NCBI GenBank assembly: GCA_964035545.1
Contig: OZ037768.1
Location: 24,089,319-24,153,318 of the forward strand
Direction: 5' to 3'
Source of the DNA: Bugula neritina
Lineage: Eukaryota; Animalia; Bryozoa
Length of the DNA: 64,000 nt
Shown: piece after piece, positions 41,054 to 55,074 of the stretch
How the letters are laid out: the number at the start of each line of letters is the position of its first letter
Position numbering within the stretch: position 1 is the stretch's first letter
Notes under the pieces: model-generated
What the model saw: only the letters and a program-made list of their open reading frames with translations
Told to the model about the DNA's origin: nothing
The model's database searches: none
Position numbers and translations under genes: made by a program

Positions 41054-43529
41054 ATTAGCAGTTGAAGTGGCAATTAAAGAAGAATTTCGTATCACTAAGC
41101 GCCATTCAGTTATTCACAGTGACTGCAAAGAACAAACTTGCTATCACTGCTATAACTACGACCACTACAACCAACCATGACTACATTATTCAAACTATTA
41201 CTGCATCTTTTGGAATGAAAATACATTGAAACTAGTTTTATTAGCAAGTTGGGTAGTTGTTACTGGAAAATTTAATCCATTTCAATACAGTTTTAGAAAA
41301 GCAAACATTAAAGCATATAAAAATACAATGTTCATTCGGAACTGTAATACGCAGTGATACTATGCTCATTAACAATATACTTATTACGAAAATCATGAGC
41401 TTTTCTAACTGCAACAATTCAATTAAAACTAATATAAAAATGAAGTCAAAGCAAAACAGTACTATATTTAATATCTATATTGAATTAAAATATTCATAAC
41501 AAAAAAGAAGTTTTTAATTTTTAAATTCAAATTTTAGTATATGTATATTATAATAATAAAATAATCATATTGTCCATAGCAAGTGAAAAACTGGATGAGC
41601 ATATATTTGTATTTCAAAGATACAAACAAATACAGCAGTGTTAATATCAAAATGAGGTCAAAGGGCAAGTTAGAACTGAACTTCAACTGCCCTAGAAATG
41701 AATGCCCATAAGTTCACAAAAATGTGCATGATTAGCTAGTCATGAAGTAGAATTAAATGTATTTAGAATGACAAACACAATGACACTCAACATAACCATC
41801 ACCATGTGAAACCAAATGGCTACAGTTAGAATTAGCTTCACTAAAACACACTAAATCTAATACTCAAAATCAAAAGTGAAATTGATACTCAATCTCATAG
41901 CCATACTAATACTTATACTCATTTACTAACTTTAAATAAAACTTCTGCTAAATTTTAAGCCTTTACTTTTAGTGACTTTAAAATTAATGATTTAATCTTT
42001 TAACACTTGCTTAAAGTTAAACTTGAACAATAACTTATACACTCATACTGATATTCATACAATAACAATGATACATGGTGATGATGATGATGATAATGAT
42101 GATGATAGCAATACTTACAGTTTGAGTTAATGTTATAACTTATACTTATAAGTAAAAGTTATGGTTACCTAATCATAATCATAATCATAATGATAATGAT
42201 AATCATAATGATAATGATAATGTATATCAATATGTTATACTTATAGTTATAGTCCGATTATTAATATTATCAATTCTTAGGAAATACTACATTTGCAGAA
42301 CTTTAAATTAATAATAATGGCTTATAGCTGTACCTGTAAAATTATGCCGCGGGAGTAATCGACCAGTTCTGGTAACATAATACCAATATGAATATGAAAA
42401 TAGAAAACATCAACATGAGCTTGTTCAACGTGAATAAAGCGACCTTTAACCTCTAATATGTGATTGCATGAGTGCGGTGAATAGCGATGGTGACGTAATA
42501 TGCAGACAGGTCCAATGACCTTTTGCAGTAAAGTAAAAGATACACCAAAAGGTTGACCAAAGTAAAAATTTGATATTATTAATGTGACCATAATGTATAA
42601 ATTATGAATTTGATACTATCTATTTGTGTATATTGTATTATATATCTATTGAAATATTATGTACATTGGCTAGTTTTAAACCACTAAAATAACAACTTGT
42701 TTTCAACCAATCACCTAAATTATCAAACCTATCACAATAGCTCATTCTTCACCTATTGGTTGTTACCAGAGTAATCATAATATGAAGTATTAATTCATTA
42801 TTACAAAAATATTATGAAATAAAAATTTGGTTACTGTATATTTCAACATCAAACACCTGCACATTAAATTAAAGAAAATGCAGCAAGTATAACTATCTTT
42901 ACAGTTCATAATAATTTGCTTTTATTTAAAAAGATTTCAACACCAAAAGAATCAGTGAAACAGCAAAGTTTAATAAAATTAGCCAAATGTATGCCGAAGA
43001 ACAAAGCCAAGAAATTAAAAAAATGTGTATAGATCAGAACACCTCCATCTATGATAATAGAAGATATTTAAAAATATGTGAAGAAAAGTGAATCTCTCCA
43101 TACGACATGTATCTCATAGTTCAAAAGTGCTAGTGGAAAATAAATTATAATCCTACAAAGCAGTCTGTGTTCTGAAGCTTACATTGAAGCTCTGAGAAAC
43201 TAAAATACTTGGCTACTTCCATTATATTTATATCACAGTAAAAATAAGGAATTATCTCCTCAACATGCTTGCATTCTACATACAAGGTAAGTAATTATAA
43301 TTATTATAACTTAAAATCAAGAAGAATCAGAAAATCAAAGAATCTAATAACAGTAATAAGATGTATTTTATTCTCATATTACTAGAACACAAATCTGACA
43401 GGGTTTTGGTATACCTTTGGTTGCACACAGGGTGATAGTCCATAAAATTATGTTAATAAAAAATATGCAACAATAATTCTATTATAAATAATATTTGGCA
43501 AATGATGTTAAGCCTGTGAGCTTGAAGCT

Positions 43530-43690
43530 ATATATCTACCAGTATATCTACTAGTATATCTACTAGTATATCTACTAGTATATCTACTAGTATATCTACT
43601 AGTAGATATACTAGTATATCTACTAGTATATCTACTAGTAGATATACTAGTAGATATACTAGTATATCTACTAGTATATCTACTAGTATG
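43530..43690. repeat. 12-bp tandem repeat tactagtatatc
   Basis: Visible array downstream of TLC paralog B. Confidence 0.85.
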
Positions 43691-43969
43691 TCTGAAAGAC
43701 TTTGGTATAGAATATAAAGAATTAGAGGTACAAACAAGAAGGAAGATTACGTGATCAAAAAATAAGCTAAAATGTCTGAGAGAGATGATTTCAGGAAACC
43801 TGCAGACTTGCAGACTACAAAATAGTACAATGTTTGGAGTGACAGACACCTGAATATCACACTGAAACTGTTAGCAATGTTGTAACTAGAGGGTCACAAA
43901 TGAGGGAAATCTATCTACCCATTTTAGGAATAACAGTTCGAAAAAAAATCTTGAATAGCCTGGAATGCT

Positions 43970-46405
43970 CTAAGTATTCAGTGAATTAGTCGGGTGGGGG
44001 GAGTAACTGAGGCTGTGTGGTGAGGAACTAAGGCGTTTAACTGACTTCACAATAGTCATTAGGATTCCTATAAACCAGTAGACATTCATTACAAAGAATA
44101 GAGAGGAGAAAACTCTGCAGACTCTCGGAAGAAGGAGGAAAGATTGCAGAAGAGTAACTTGTTTATACACAGAGTAGCAGTATACTAAGTATAGCCAAAT
44201 CAGAACTCGTGCCCCACCAAAAGATATTCCGAGTAGTATTCCATTTACTATGTACAGGATGGTGTGCTGCAGGTCTAACTACAATACATTACAGTGTGAT
44301 TCATATCAGTACCGTGTGATTCATTACAGTATAGTGTGACACATTACAGTACCGTGTGATTCATTACAGTATAGTGTGATACATTACAGTACAGTGTGAC
44401 ACATTACAGTATAGTGTGATACATTACAGTACAGTGTGACACATTACAGTATAGTGTGATACATTACAGTATAGTGTGATACATTACAGTATAGTGTGAT
44501 ACATTACAGTACAGTGTGACACATTACAGTATAGTGTGACACATTACAGTATAGTGTGATACATTACAGTATAGTGTGATACATTACAGTATAGTGTGAT
44601 ACATATCAGTATAGTGTGATACATTACAGTATAGTGTGATACATTACAGTATAGTGTGATACATTACAGTACAGTGTGACACATTACAGTATAGTGTGAC
44701 ACATTACAGTATAGTGTGATACATTACAGTATAGTGTGATACATTACAGTATAGTGTGATACATATCAGTATAGTGTGACACATTACAGTATAGTGTGAC
44801 ACATTACAGTACAGTGTGACACACTACAGTACAGTGTGACACATTACAATATAGTGTGACACATTACAGTGTGATATATTACAGCACAGTGTGACACATT
44901 ACAGTACAGCGTGACACATTACAGTACAGCGTGACACATTGCAGAACAAGGTAATATAACAGAATATAGCCCTACCCGGAGTAAGATGTTTCGAACAGAT
45001 ATAAATGGAATAGTAGCCTCCATCAGAAAAGCACATCCAATAAGATAATCTCCTTTGCCTTGCCGGAACAGCTATAGAGAACACAAATCCACTAAATAGA
45101 TGCAAACTTGATTCGGTAAAACCAGAAGAATAAACAGAATAATCAAAGATCAGTAATAAAAATGCTACAAAAAAGACTTTCAGTGCAAGCAGACTTCAGC
45201 ATTGTTTACATAAAAAGAGGCAATACAAGGTATATATGAAAGTAATGTCTCACTAGGATAGATGGTCCATATATAAGAGGCAAAAGAAGGTGATGGATCA
45301 TCATTAACCATTTCTTCTGGAAAAACCTCTCCACCCTTTCTTTAGTTGTACTCTCCCTAAATTTCTCGCCCTTTGAAACGAGGAAAGCTTGATATAGCGC
45401 CCAGGCATCGTAATAGAAATAGGGAATCCAGAAGTAGATGTAACAGTCCAACAGATAAAACCTGTCAGACACAGAAAGAGAGAGATCAGCTACTGGAGAC
45501 GCTAACTTGATGCAAGTTCTGGCAGCAGACGTAGATATTTAGATTATGTGAAATCAGTTTCTCGTCAACATGGAGGTATAAAACAGAATGGTATCAGAAC
45601 CAATAAGAATTGAGTACACATAGAGTCTAGAATCTGACCCATGAGTAGTGGGCCAACTACATTGTAGCTAGAAACATTCTTAGAAAGAAAGAGGACTCAC
45701 CTGGTGAACACAATGTCATCCTTCGTATAGTGCATTGTAATCATTCCAAAAATCACACAGACGATTGCTTGTATTGCAGAAACTACTCTAAAATTGGGAA
45801 GGAAATTTTATTTCTCTAATTTTGATTTTGAAAGTGTGACTTTTGTTAAGTTATATTTAAAAATTAATTGATTCAAAATTTAATGTAATTGTTTTCATGG
45901 CCATACAAAAGTTTTCTAAAAATGAAAAAGTTTTTTCAATGTCATTATAAATTATCTCTAAACTTGTAAGTTCGATCAGGGCATACAATTTAGCCTATCT
46001 ATTTTTTGTACAATAGACTTGATTTTATAAAACTCATGTAGCTAGATGAAACTTGGATATTGGAATTTATACTCTTCATCTGCTATATTGAATGAACCAA
46101 CTAACTGACACAACAAATATATACGATTATTGTTCAATATTCTTAATGTTTTCAGCTAAATAAGCAGTCACAGTTTTGCAGAATACAGTGTTCAATGCAT
46201 CACTCAATCAGCTTAGTTTATGTAGTTACAAGTTCAGAATTACATGCAGCTATAGTTTGACTGAAAGAACTAGAATAACTAACTTGACTGATATATCATA
46301 TCGGCAGTAGTCGTCGCGGACCATGTGCAGACTACTAGATACAAGTCTAAACACTGTCGGAAATGTGATAGCACCTAGAGTGAATAACGAAAGCTCTAAC
46401 AGCAT
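43970..46405 (-). CDS. TLC-domain membrane protein, TLCD3/FAM57-like, paralog B, 5 coding exons
   Basis: Starts MLLELSLFTLGAITFP. Motifs VVSAIQA, FWIPYFYYD, MMIHHLLLP, RQGKGDYLIGCAFLMEATIPF and LYIVNGILL. Intron positions are the same as in paralog A. Confidence 0.85.
44285..44945. repeat. Intronic minisatellite, 20-bp unit, about 33 copies
   Basis: acattacagtatagtgtga(t/c) fills the last intron of paralog B. Confidence 0.95.
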
Positions 46406-47970
46406 TCTTTTTCTATGAAGAACTCTTACAATGACATATCTACAAAAAGATACAAATCTAGTTATTGGATTGAGAAAATAAAATAAATTAGGCATTTTCA
46501 ATGAACTTTTTCAAAATCTAGAACAAAAGAGAGTGCAACTCCTAATCTTAAATGCTAATAGCACAACTCATTAGGCAACATTATACTATGTCAATTTCAA
46601 AACTATTATGGCAATTTTGATGAATTAACTAAAAGGTGATTAGCTTGTTTTAATAAAAAAACTTATAATGCCTTTACCAAACCTTGAGCGTTTATATATT
46701 CATTGCCATTACATTCGCCTCATAGACTGCCAACTAAAATAGATTAAATCATCAATCAATAAAATTAGATGAATACTTACTTGAAATAAAAAAAGAGTGA
46801 CAAATTGAAATTCCGTATGAGTAAGCATGTTGATGTAAATTTTCATGCTTTACCTCAAGTTTATCTTCTTTCAAATTCTAAAAATATTAATACTAGTAAG
46901 TACTAGTACTAATGCTAGTAATAGTTCTACTACTAGTACTACTACTACGACTACGAGTAGTACTACTTACTACTACAGCACTACTAGTACTACTAGTCTA
47001 CTACTACTACTAGTACTAGTACTAGTACTACTACTAGTAGGCCTACTAGTAGTAGTAGTAGTAGTAGTAGTAGTAAGTTTTATTAAATATTTAGCAACAA
47101 CATCATGGAAACAAAATACTACTGATATCAATTGCTCATAACATATTACAGCTAAAACATTTACTATTACCTACAAAAAGTTACAAAAAACTTTTTTACT
47201 TCATAACAGCTGAGTTGATTTTGCAGTTGGCTTTGCGAATATTACAAAAGTAGGAAACTGTAAAAGTGAGAAAGAACTTTGTTCGCTACTTGGTTTAAAG
47301 CTATGAATACTTTTTCAACCAATAAACTGGAAAAAAAACTTACTTCTAGTTCAGAGGTGTTACCGAGCTTGTAATATACAATATTATTGTGTAACAAAGG
47401 CTACAATCACACATGCAAGAAAAGACAATACTTAAATGCAGGACGATCTGTACGGTATTATATAAAAATAAAAGCCAACATTTTTACCTCTTTTCTACAA
47501 TAAATGCAAGTGTCCAGTGATATCACCCATGCAGCTGTTTTGAACACATTAGTATTATTTGTTGTTTATTGTGCACCATTGTGTTATTAGTGTCGTTATC
47601 TAGACCATGGTCATAGCATGCACGTATGAGCAGTTGCAATGCTTGTGACTGTATCACAGTCTTCATCTGTCTCCCCCAACTCTATTCAGCAATGATTTTC
47701 ATTTACCAGGCCAACAACTTGAAAATGATTAACTTTCATTACTCCAACAACTACTTAATGGTTAACATATTCACAGTAACTACAGAGTAATATATGATAG
47801 CTATTTAAAATAAATATAACATGTACAGCCAGTATAGATAGTTCCTTCTCTAAATTACATAGTTGAATCATCAGGTTGATATAATATTTGGTAGCAACAT
47901 ATAGGTACATGCTAGAGTAAGGAAACTTTTAAAACCTATAATAATTAGACAATTGTCTTTAAAAAAGATA

Positions 47971-48070
<100 letters not shown>

Positions 48071-48266
48071 AACTGTGACTGCACCAATAGTGCCTTTGAT
48101 ATTGGATATGTGCCCCTCAAATATCAATACATGCCACTGATAAACAAAAGCAATTTCAATTCAGGATATCGATACTATGAATCTAGCTTACAGTCCTCTT
48201 TACACTATAGATTATTGTACACGGCTGAATAGGTCTTTATTATGATTGTGTAACCAGCTACAATGA

Positions 48267-48291
48267 GTGCTTAACAACCGGCCTTAGCAAC
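48267..48291. promoter_or_regulatory. Two adjacent X-box-like (RFX) sites upstream of C17orf98
   Basis: gtgcttaacaac and ggccttagcaac lie about 110-130 bp before the ATG of an axonemal gene. Confidence 0.4.
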
Positions 48292-48397
48292 CTCTCGCGC
48301 TCCATGTGCACTGGTGCTCAGACGGCACGCCATCAAAGTGATAGACCTTGCTGTAGAAATAGGATTTGATACTAACAGACCTCTTTCTAACTTCACT

Positions 48398-50282
48398 ATG
48401 AGTGCGAGTTCTTCTAAACCATCTACTGGTAGACACAACAAACTTTATAGGACACCCCCAACACCCACTCCTGATGACTTGATGCGAACTGAAAAGGGTT
48501 TTGTCTTGGATTGTCAAGCTACTTCTAGTATATCTACTGACTATTCCAAAGCTAACCCAAAGTTAGGACCCGTAATACCGCCATATAACGGCCAGAAAGA
48601 TAGTCACACTGACGGATATTTCAAGTTCCACAGTGTCCCACAATCTCTTAAGTTCTACAACCAGGTTTGTGCAATCAATACTCACTACATTAATTTGTTA
48701 TAAATACTGTTACCTGTCTGCATGTGTAAAAAACCATAAGCATATTGTCGAATAGTATTTTAAGAAAAGACAAAAATAATTAAAATTAACTTAAATATAT
48801 CAAATGTTTGCGGCATATATACAGATATTGCTACAATACTATGACACAAATAATTAACAGTTTATATCTTTTTATATTCAACATGTTTATAGCATTAGCT
48901 GGTTTTCAAACATAGACATTAGTTTGATACCCATGTGCAGTTTATTTCTTATTCTTTAACTTCTTTGCTTACATTTTATTGTGATTATAAAGCTCATGTG
49001 AGCATATTTAATTAGTTCTTGAAAAGGGGTGGTTAACATGAATTTATGTACAACAAACTATAACTGTGTGTGTTCATATATTAGCACATATAGCACCATG
49101 GAATCATATAGCACCATGGAATCACTCTATATAAACTGACTATAATACAAGCTGTGTACATATTTTAAGCAATTATATAATATAATTAAACTATACTGTA
49201 TTTAAACACAGGACAAGGCAAAAGGTACGTCAATTGATGGGCCAGTGTTGGATAGATTTAATGAGTCGGGTGCTGGATTTCAGTACCTCAGTCTAAGAAA
49301 TCAGCATGGAGCAGGTACGTACAACCATATTGTTAGATATTATTATTTTCATCATACAAAAATATATATAATTATTGAACTACAGAAAACGCTTTTATTA
49401 TGGAGTTGGATGCAAATATTGAACAGAAAATAAATAAAGTGAGAAAACTTTTCATTTGACTGCCATTCATGCTGGAAATGTTGTTACAAGGAGTTCATGC
49501 TATTTCTCTGGGGTATTTATTGTATAGTAAATGTTAGACTACTTTGCTATGCGCACTTTGATGAGAATATTATGTAAAATTACAATTTTAAAGTATACAA
49601 GTATATTATGTAGCAGTAGCATTGAGAAAATATTTTCATCTGTTTTCACAATAATAAAACATTTATGTTTTACTTATAAGGTAAAATAATAATTAATAAT
49701 TAGTATTTGTTAGATTGATTTTGCAACATTTTAAATTGCCATGTGTAGTAAAGCTCGATATTGTTTTATATTTTATAAGAGTATAGATGACGAATTGTGG
49801 AGTTAGTTTATGTATTTTAGTAGTATATAATATCATATTATTTGTGCTATGTGTGCTGTTGCATGTATCATCAACTTATTGCATAGTTTTGTTATTATCT
49901 GTTACACTATTTACATTTCACATGCTCATGATATATAGACTGTTAGACATCAATGCAGACTGTTCTGAATAATATATGAAAGAGACTAATGTGTGTCTGA
50001 AAAGATGGCTGATAAAATGAATATATTATTATTATTTGTATTATTTGTATAAGGTTTGCATAACCAATTATATTGTAACTAAAAGCATTGAGGGTAAACA
50101 TTTAGAAATAATGTTGTTATATAGGTCATTCCAGACAGGAAGTGGATGGACACGCCCAGTTTATGAAAGGAATTAAACCAGTGATGGGGTACAATGGCGA
50201 CTTCGGGTTCCGGAGAAATACACCATGGCTGCGGGCCGAACCCTCGCCATTTGGCACTGCCAGTCGATCTCCCAGTCATTAG
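48398..50282 (+). CDS. SPMAP1: Sperm microtubule-associated protein 1 (C17orf98/SPMAP1), 3 exons
   Basis: Exons 48398-48664, 49212-49314 and 50124-50282. Motifs EKGFVLD, PKLGPVIPPYN, YLSLRN..GAGHS...VDGH and GYNGDFGFRRNTPWLR match the C17orf98 family as I recall it. Confidence 0.88.
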
Positions 50283-51214
50283 ATAATAGAAAGTGACCCA
50301 GTAGTACTACTATTAATAATGTAATAGCTAATAGTAATACTAATAGTAATACTATAATAGTAATACTAATAGTAACAATGTAATACCTAGTAATATACTA
50401 ATAGTAACAAAGTAATACCTAGTAATATACTAATAGTAATAATATAATATAGCTAGTAATACTAATGGCAACTGGATGTCATTGAACTTAGCTGCATGTA
50501 GTCTCAACATCACATTCGCATTATATACATGCATGACCTACTATAGATGAATAGTCTGAGCTCCATATATCCTCTACACCCTTCTCATCACCCACACCAC
50601 ATTCATCTGCATTTGAACTAAAACTAAAGACAGTTTAATTAATGCAACATGTTGTAAATTTCAATCAATTTTTAGTTAAACTTGATTTGTTCAGAATCTA
50701 CAAGTTTTTAATGAGCCAATTATATATGTATGCATATTCACTGCTGCATGACTCATACTGTATGACTCATACATGTGTCGCCTTAATTTATTGGTAGATG
50801 TATGAGACACTAGCCAATTAGAAAGAGCTGTATTACTTGAGTTTATCGCAATATACTATTTTAATTTCAACAGTTCATCAAATGTTTTATTTTTTGACTA
50901 CATACGAACAATAGTTGTGCATGTAAAACATTAATTTATTTTATATAACACTACATTTCATTTCTGCTCAGAATATATGTATTTATTATATTATAGTATA
51001 TTACACAAACTACATGTGTTTGTATTTTTAGAAACATTTATTTGATCGATGAAGGATTTTGTGCTTTTTATGGCTTCTATTTTTCATAAATTTGCTGTTT
51101 TTAGTGTTGAATAAACAATATTGTGAAATATATACAAAACTGTAGTAGTGTTTAGCAGGTGAAAGCTAAGACCCATATTATATATGCCATTTAATGCTTC
51201 AACTTTGAACCCAA

Positions 51215-51285
<71 letters not shown>

Positions 51286-52369
51286 GCCACTACTAACTAT
51301 GCGAACAGCTAATTGGCTATAAATACATCATTATATAAAAATTAATGGCCACTTTCAATTATTTGCAAAAAATAATTGCATTTTCACTTCCATGTAGTGT
51401 AGTATATATTGTATAAAATAATGCATAAGATAAACACTTCATGATTACTTGTAAAGTTGACTTCGTTTCAATTTATTCTGTCTCGATTGTGAAGCCATAG
51501 CCATAACCATAGCCATAAAAACGCGCAGTCTAAAAGAATAATATTATAATTGTAATACGGAATAGCCGACTGTGGAAGCTGCAGCAATAACATTGTCCTA
51601 TCGGAATTTCCAGCTATTATTGTGCTATCAGAATGTTCCAGCAGGTTGTGGAACCTGACAATATTATTATAACAATTCCAACAGTGCAGTATAGAGAACG
51701 CGGGCTGTTTTCGTTAGAACACGCTTTATTTAGGATTGCACAAAGCAAAACCAGTGTGGCGGGAGGTTCAAGCTCTCTAACCGTTGAATATTCAAAGGAG
51801 GGAAGGGGTAAACCGTAATCATAAGGATGATGAGTTCATCAATATCATTCAAAATCACATTTCTAGTCAATAGTTTTTAATATATAATTGTTTTTAAGAA
51901 AATATTGCTAGTTTCTTGGTTGTGATTATCGATTTACAAGAAAGTATAATAACTATAAGAATGGTGTAAATTAAAATTGTAATGCCTAATAGTAATACTA
52001 ATAGTAATGGCCGTGGCATACACCATCACCATGCTCTTTCTCCCTGACACTGAGTAATCACAATGAGAAGATCGTGATGTTGATAATTGTAATCATAATG
52101 CAGACTATTGCAAATACTAATAGGTTTTTTTTGATGGAGTTGTGCTTTTACTCTTAATATATTATCAAGTCAGTTTAGCCTTAGGCCTTAGACAACTAAT
52201 AGTAATAGTAATATTTGTATATGCCAGGAAAATTGAGCTATTTCATGGAGGCTTTTACTTTTAGTTTTGATCTGTGGATTGCAGTGTGCCTTCCTGGTTA
52301 CATTGGGATATGGCTATAAGTATAACTTGTAAGTTGCCAGTAATGCTTGTGTTTTTAGAATTCATCAAC

Positions 52370-55074
52370 ATGGCTACACACAGAGTTGTAGAGGCAACAT
52401 ATAGTATTCACAGTGATGATACAGGAGATGAGCCAATCCGCTGTACTGAGTCAGTTACTGCTGAGTCAGTCACTGCTGAGTCAATTCCCGCTGAGTCAGT
52501 CACTGCTGAGTCAGTCACACCTCAGTCAGTCACTGCTGAGCCAGTCACTGCTGAGTCAGGCACACCTGCGCTAAATGACAGAGAATCATTACAAGACATT
52601 GAGGTGAGGCTACAGACTGCAATCTATCATACACTGCAGGGAGGCATGACTACATGTATGAGTTTATTTGAATAACCAGAAAACCATACGAGTGGATATT
52701 TATTGAAATGCCACACAGTGTCTAGTCTTACATTTTTCAGCATATTAACTGGAACGTTAAATTAAAGATATTTTAGCTACAAATGAAGAATTTCAGCCAT
52801 TAAAAATATTTATTATAATTTTTTTTCGCATAATTGATTAATTTTAAAGAAACTCCTCTGATATTTTAGCTGCAAGATTTAGACAGCAACTTCGGCGCGC
52901 TGGGATCTCAATTCAGAATCACAGCTCCAGATGCAAAAGCTCGCTTGCGGGGGCTGAGGTATGAGCCCAGGACGTTGTCGCTGTATGATCATGCAATTAC
53001 AGTAGAGCAGTTGGCCCAGATTGCCTACGACGATCTGGCCGAGGCCGACAAGAGAATGCTGACTCTGAAGGCGTTCTTGCAGTCTCTCAACGACAGGGAG
53101 CTACATCGACATTTATTGGCAGCTAGGGTTGAGACTATGGAGGACGCCGTCAAGCATGTTAGGTGGTACTTCCAGGTCGCCAATCCACAGTGGCAGGTAA
53201 TAAGAAGATTAAAAACAGTGAAATATCATAAGGAAGCTGTTAAACTCGAAATCGCAAGTTTAGTTCAAACTGACAAATTTCTTTTTGCTGACGCTTTCTC
53301 GACAGCATCACCTTCATCTCACTGCAGTACTTGGGTAGCTGCTGGGCTATATGTATGAGTTGATTTGGATAACCAGAAAACCATACGAGTAGATATTTAT
53401 TGAAATGCCACCCACTGTGTCTAGTCTTACATTTCAACTAGTTAAATTGAATTTTTGTGGATACAACTTCCCTGATATTCGACTACAAATGAATGATTTC
53501 AGCTATTAAAAATAATTATCAATTTTTCTATTGCATACTCTGAATGATTGTAGAGAGCAGCCGTAATCTAGGGGTTAGACCGTTTGCCTAGTAAGCACGA
53601 AGTCATGGGTTCGAGCCCCGACAAAGGCCATTGGTGATGTTAGGAAGAGCATCCAGTCATAATTGCTCCTGTGTCTCATCTAAATAAGCCCTTAGCTTGA
53701 TTTAACGAAAATTTTCTAAAAAAAAATTCTCTCATTTTAGTTGCAAGATTTGGACAAAAACTTTAGCGCGCTGGGATCCCGGTTTGGGATCGCAGCCCAA
53801 GATGCAAGAGATTGCCTGCGGGCGCTGAGGTACGATTCCAGGATCTCTCTTTATGACCATGCGACGAAGGTAGCGCGGTTGGCCCAAATTGCATATGGTG
53901 ATCTGAACAAGGCTGACAAGCAGAGCCGGGCTGTGGATGCGTTCTCACAGTCTCTCAATGACAGGGAGCTCCAGCTAAATTTATGGACAGCTAAGGTTGA
54001 GACTCTGGAGGACGCCGTCAAGCATGTTAGGTGGTACTTCCAGGTCGCAAATCCTCAATGGCAGGTAATAAGAAGATTAAAAACAGTGAAATATCATAAG
54101 GTAGCTGTTAAACTCGAAATAACAAATGTAGTTAAAACTGATAAATTTGTCATTGCTAAAATTCCAGCTGACGGTTTCTAGGCAGCTTCACCTTCATCTC
54201 ACTGAAGTACTTGGGTAACCAGCTGCTGGACTATATGTAGGAGTTAGTTTAAATAACCAGAAAACCATACAAGTGGATATTTATTGAAATGCCACACACT
54301 TTAATTACTATCTAGTCTTACCTTTTTCAGCATATTAACTGGAACATTAAATTAAAGATATTTTCGCCGCAAATGAAGAATTTCAGCTACTAAAAAAATT
54401 AATAATTTACCTACCCGGAATGATTGTAAATGAAAAATTTCTAATAAAATCCTATCATATTTTAGTTGCAAGATTTGGAAAAAAACTTCAAGGCTCTCGG
54501 GTCCCGATTTGGGTTCACAGCCCGAGATGCAAGAGATTGCCTGTGGGCACTGAGGTACGAGCCCAAGACGTCCCTGCAGGAGCATGGAAACAAGGTGGAG
54601 CGGTTGGCTCAGGTTGCCTACAGTGATCTGGACGAGACCGAGGCCGACAAAAGAATGTTCGCTCTGGAGGCGTTCACACGCTCTCTCAATGACAGGGAGC
54701 TACACCTACATTTATTGGCAGCTAGGGTTAAGACTGTGAAGGATGCTGTCAAACAGGCGAAGGCGTACTACCAGGTCGCCAATCCTCAATGGGATAACAT
54801 GGGTGCCCGGCAGGAGGACGAAGAAAAAGAGAGAGCAACTTCTGACGCTACTCAGGAGATGAAAGTAGCAGCCATGATACGGAAGTTGGTGAGAGACCTG
54901 CAGGTCGAGGTTAAACTCCTTCAGACGAGAGCAAGCGGTCGGCCAGCCATGCCGCGGAAAAGCTCTGCCCAGGCTTCCCCCACTGCCTGTTGGGGGTGTG
55001 GCATTGAGGGACATCTCCGACGGAATTGTCCCCACAGACGGAGGCAGCAGTCAAACCCAAAAATCTCACGGTAA
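52370..55074 (+). CDS. Spliced gag-derived gene: S/T/E repeat exon, three Ty3/gypsy capsid C-terminal-domain repeats, CCHC knuckle (about 497 aa)
   Basis: Exons 52370-52603, 52870-53196, 53741-54064 and 54466-55074 are joined by phase-0 GT-AG introns and contain no stops. Gag-like ALGSRFG...LRYEP.TSL.EH...VERLAQVAY...AF..SLNDREL..HLLAA...T..DAV occurs three times, then CWGCGIEGHLRRNC. Confidence 0.8.
53553..53703 (+). mobile_element. tRNA-derived SINE in intron 2 of the gag-derived gene
   Basis: A-box-like taatctagggg near 53564, B-box ggttcgagccc at 53608-53618, and a non-tRNA body (aggaagagcatccagtc). It is absent from the homologous intron at about 54428. Confidence 0.75.

Noticed and set aside
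53553-53630. Possible tRNA gene
   Set aside because: A and B boxes are present but I cannot fold a convincing cloverleaf, and a non-tRNA body follows; better explained as a SINE.
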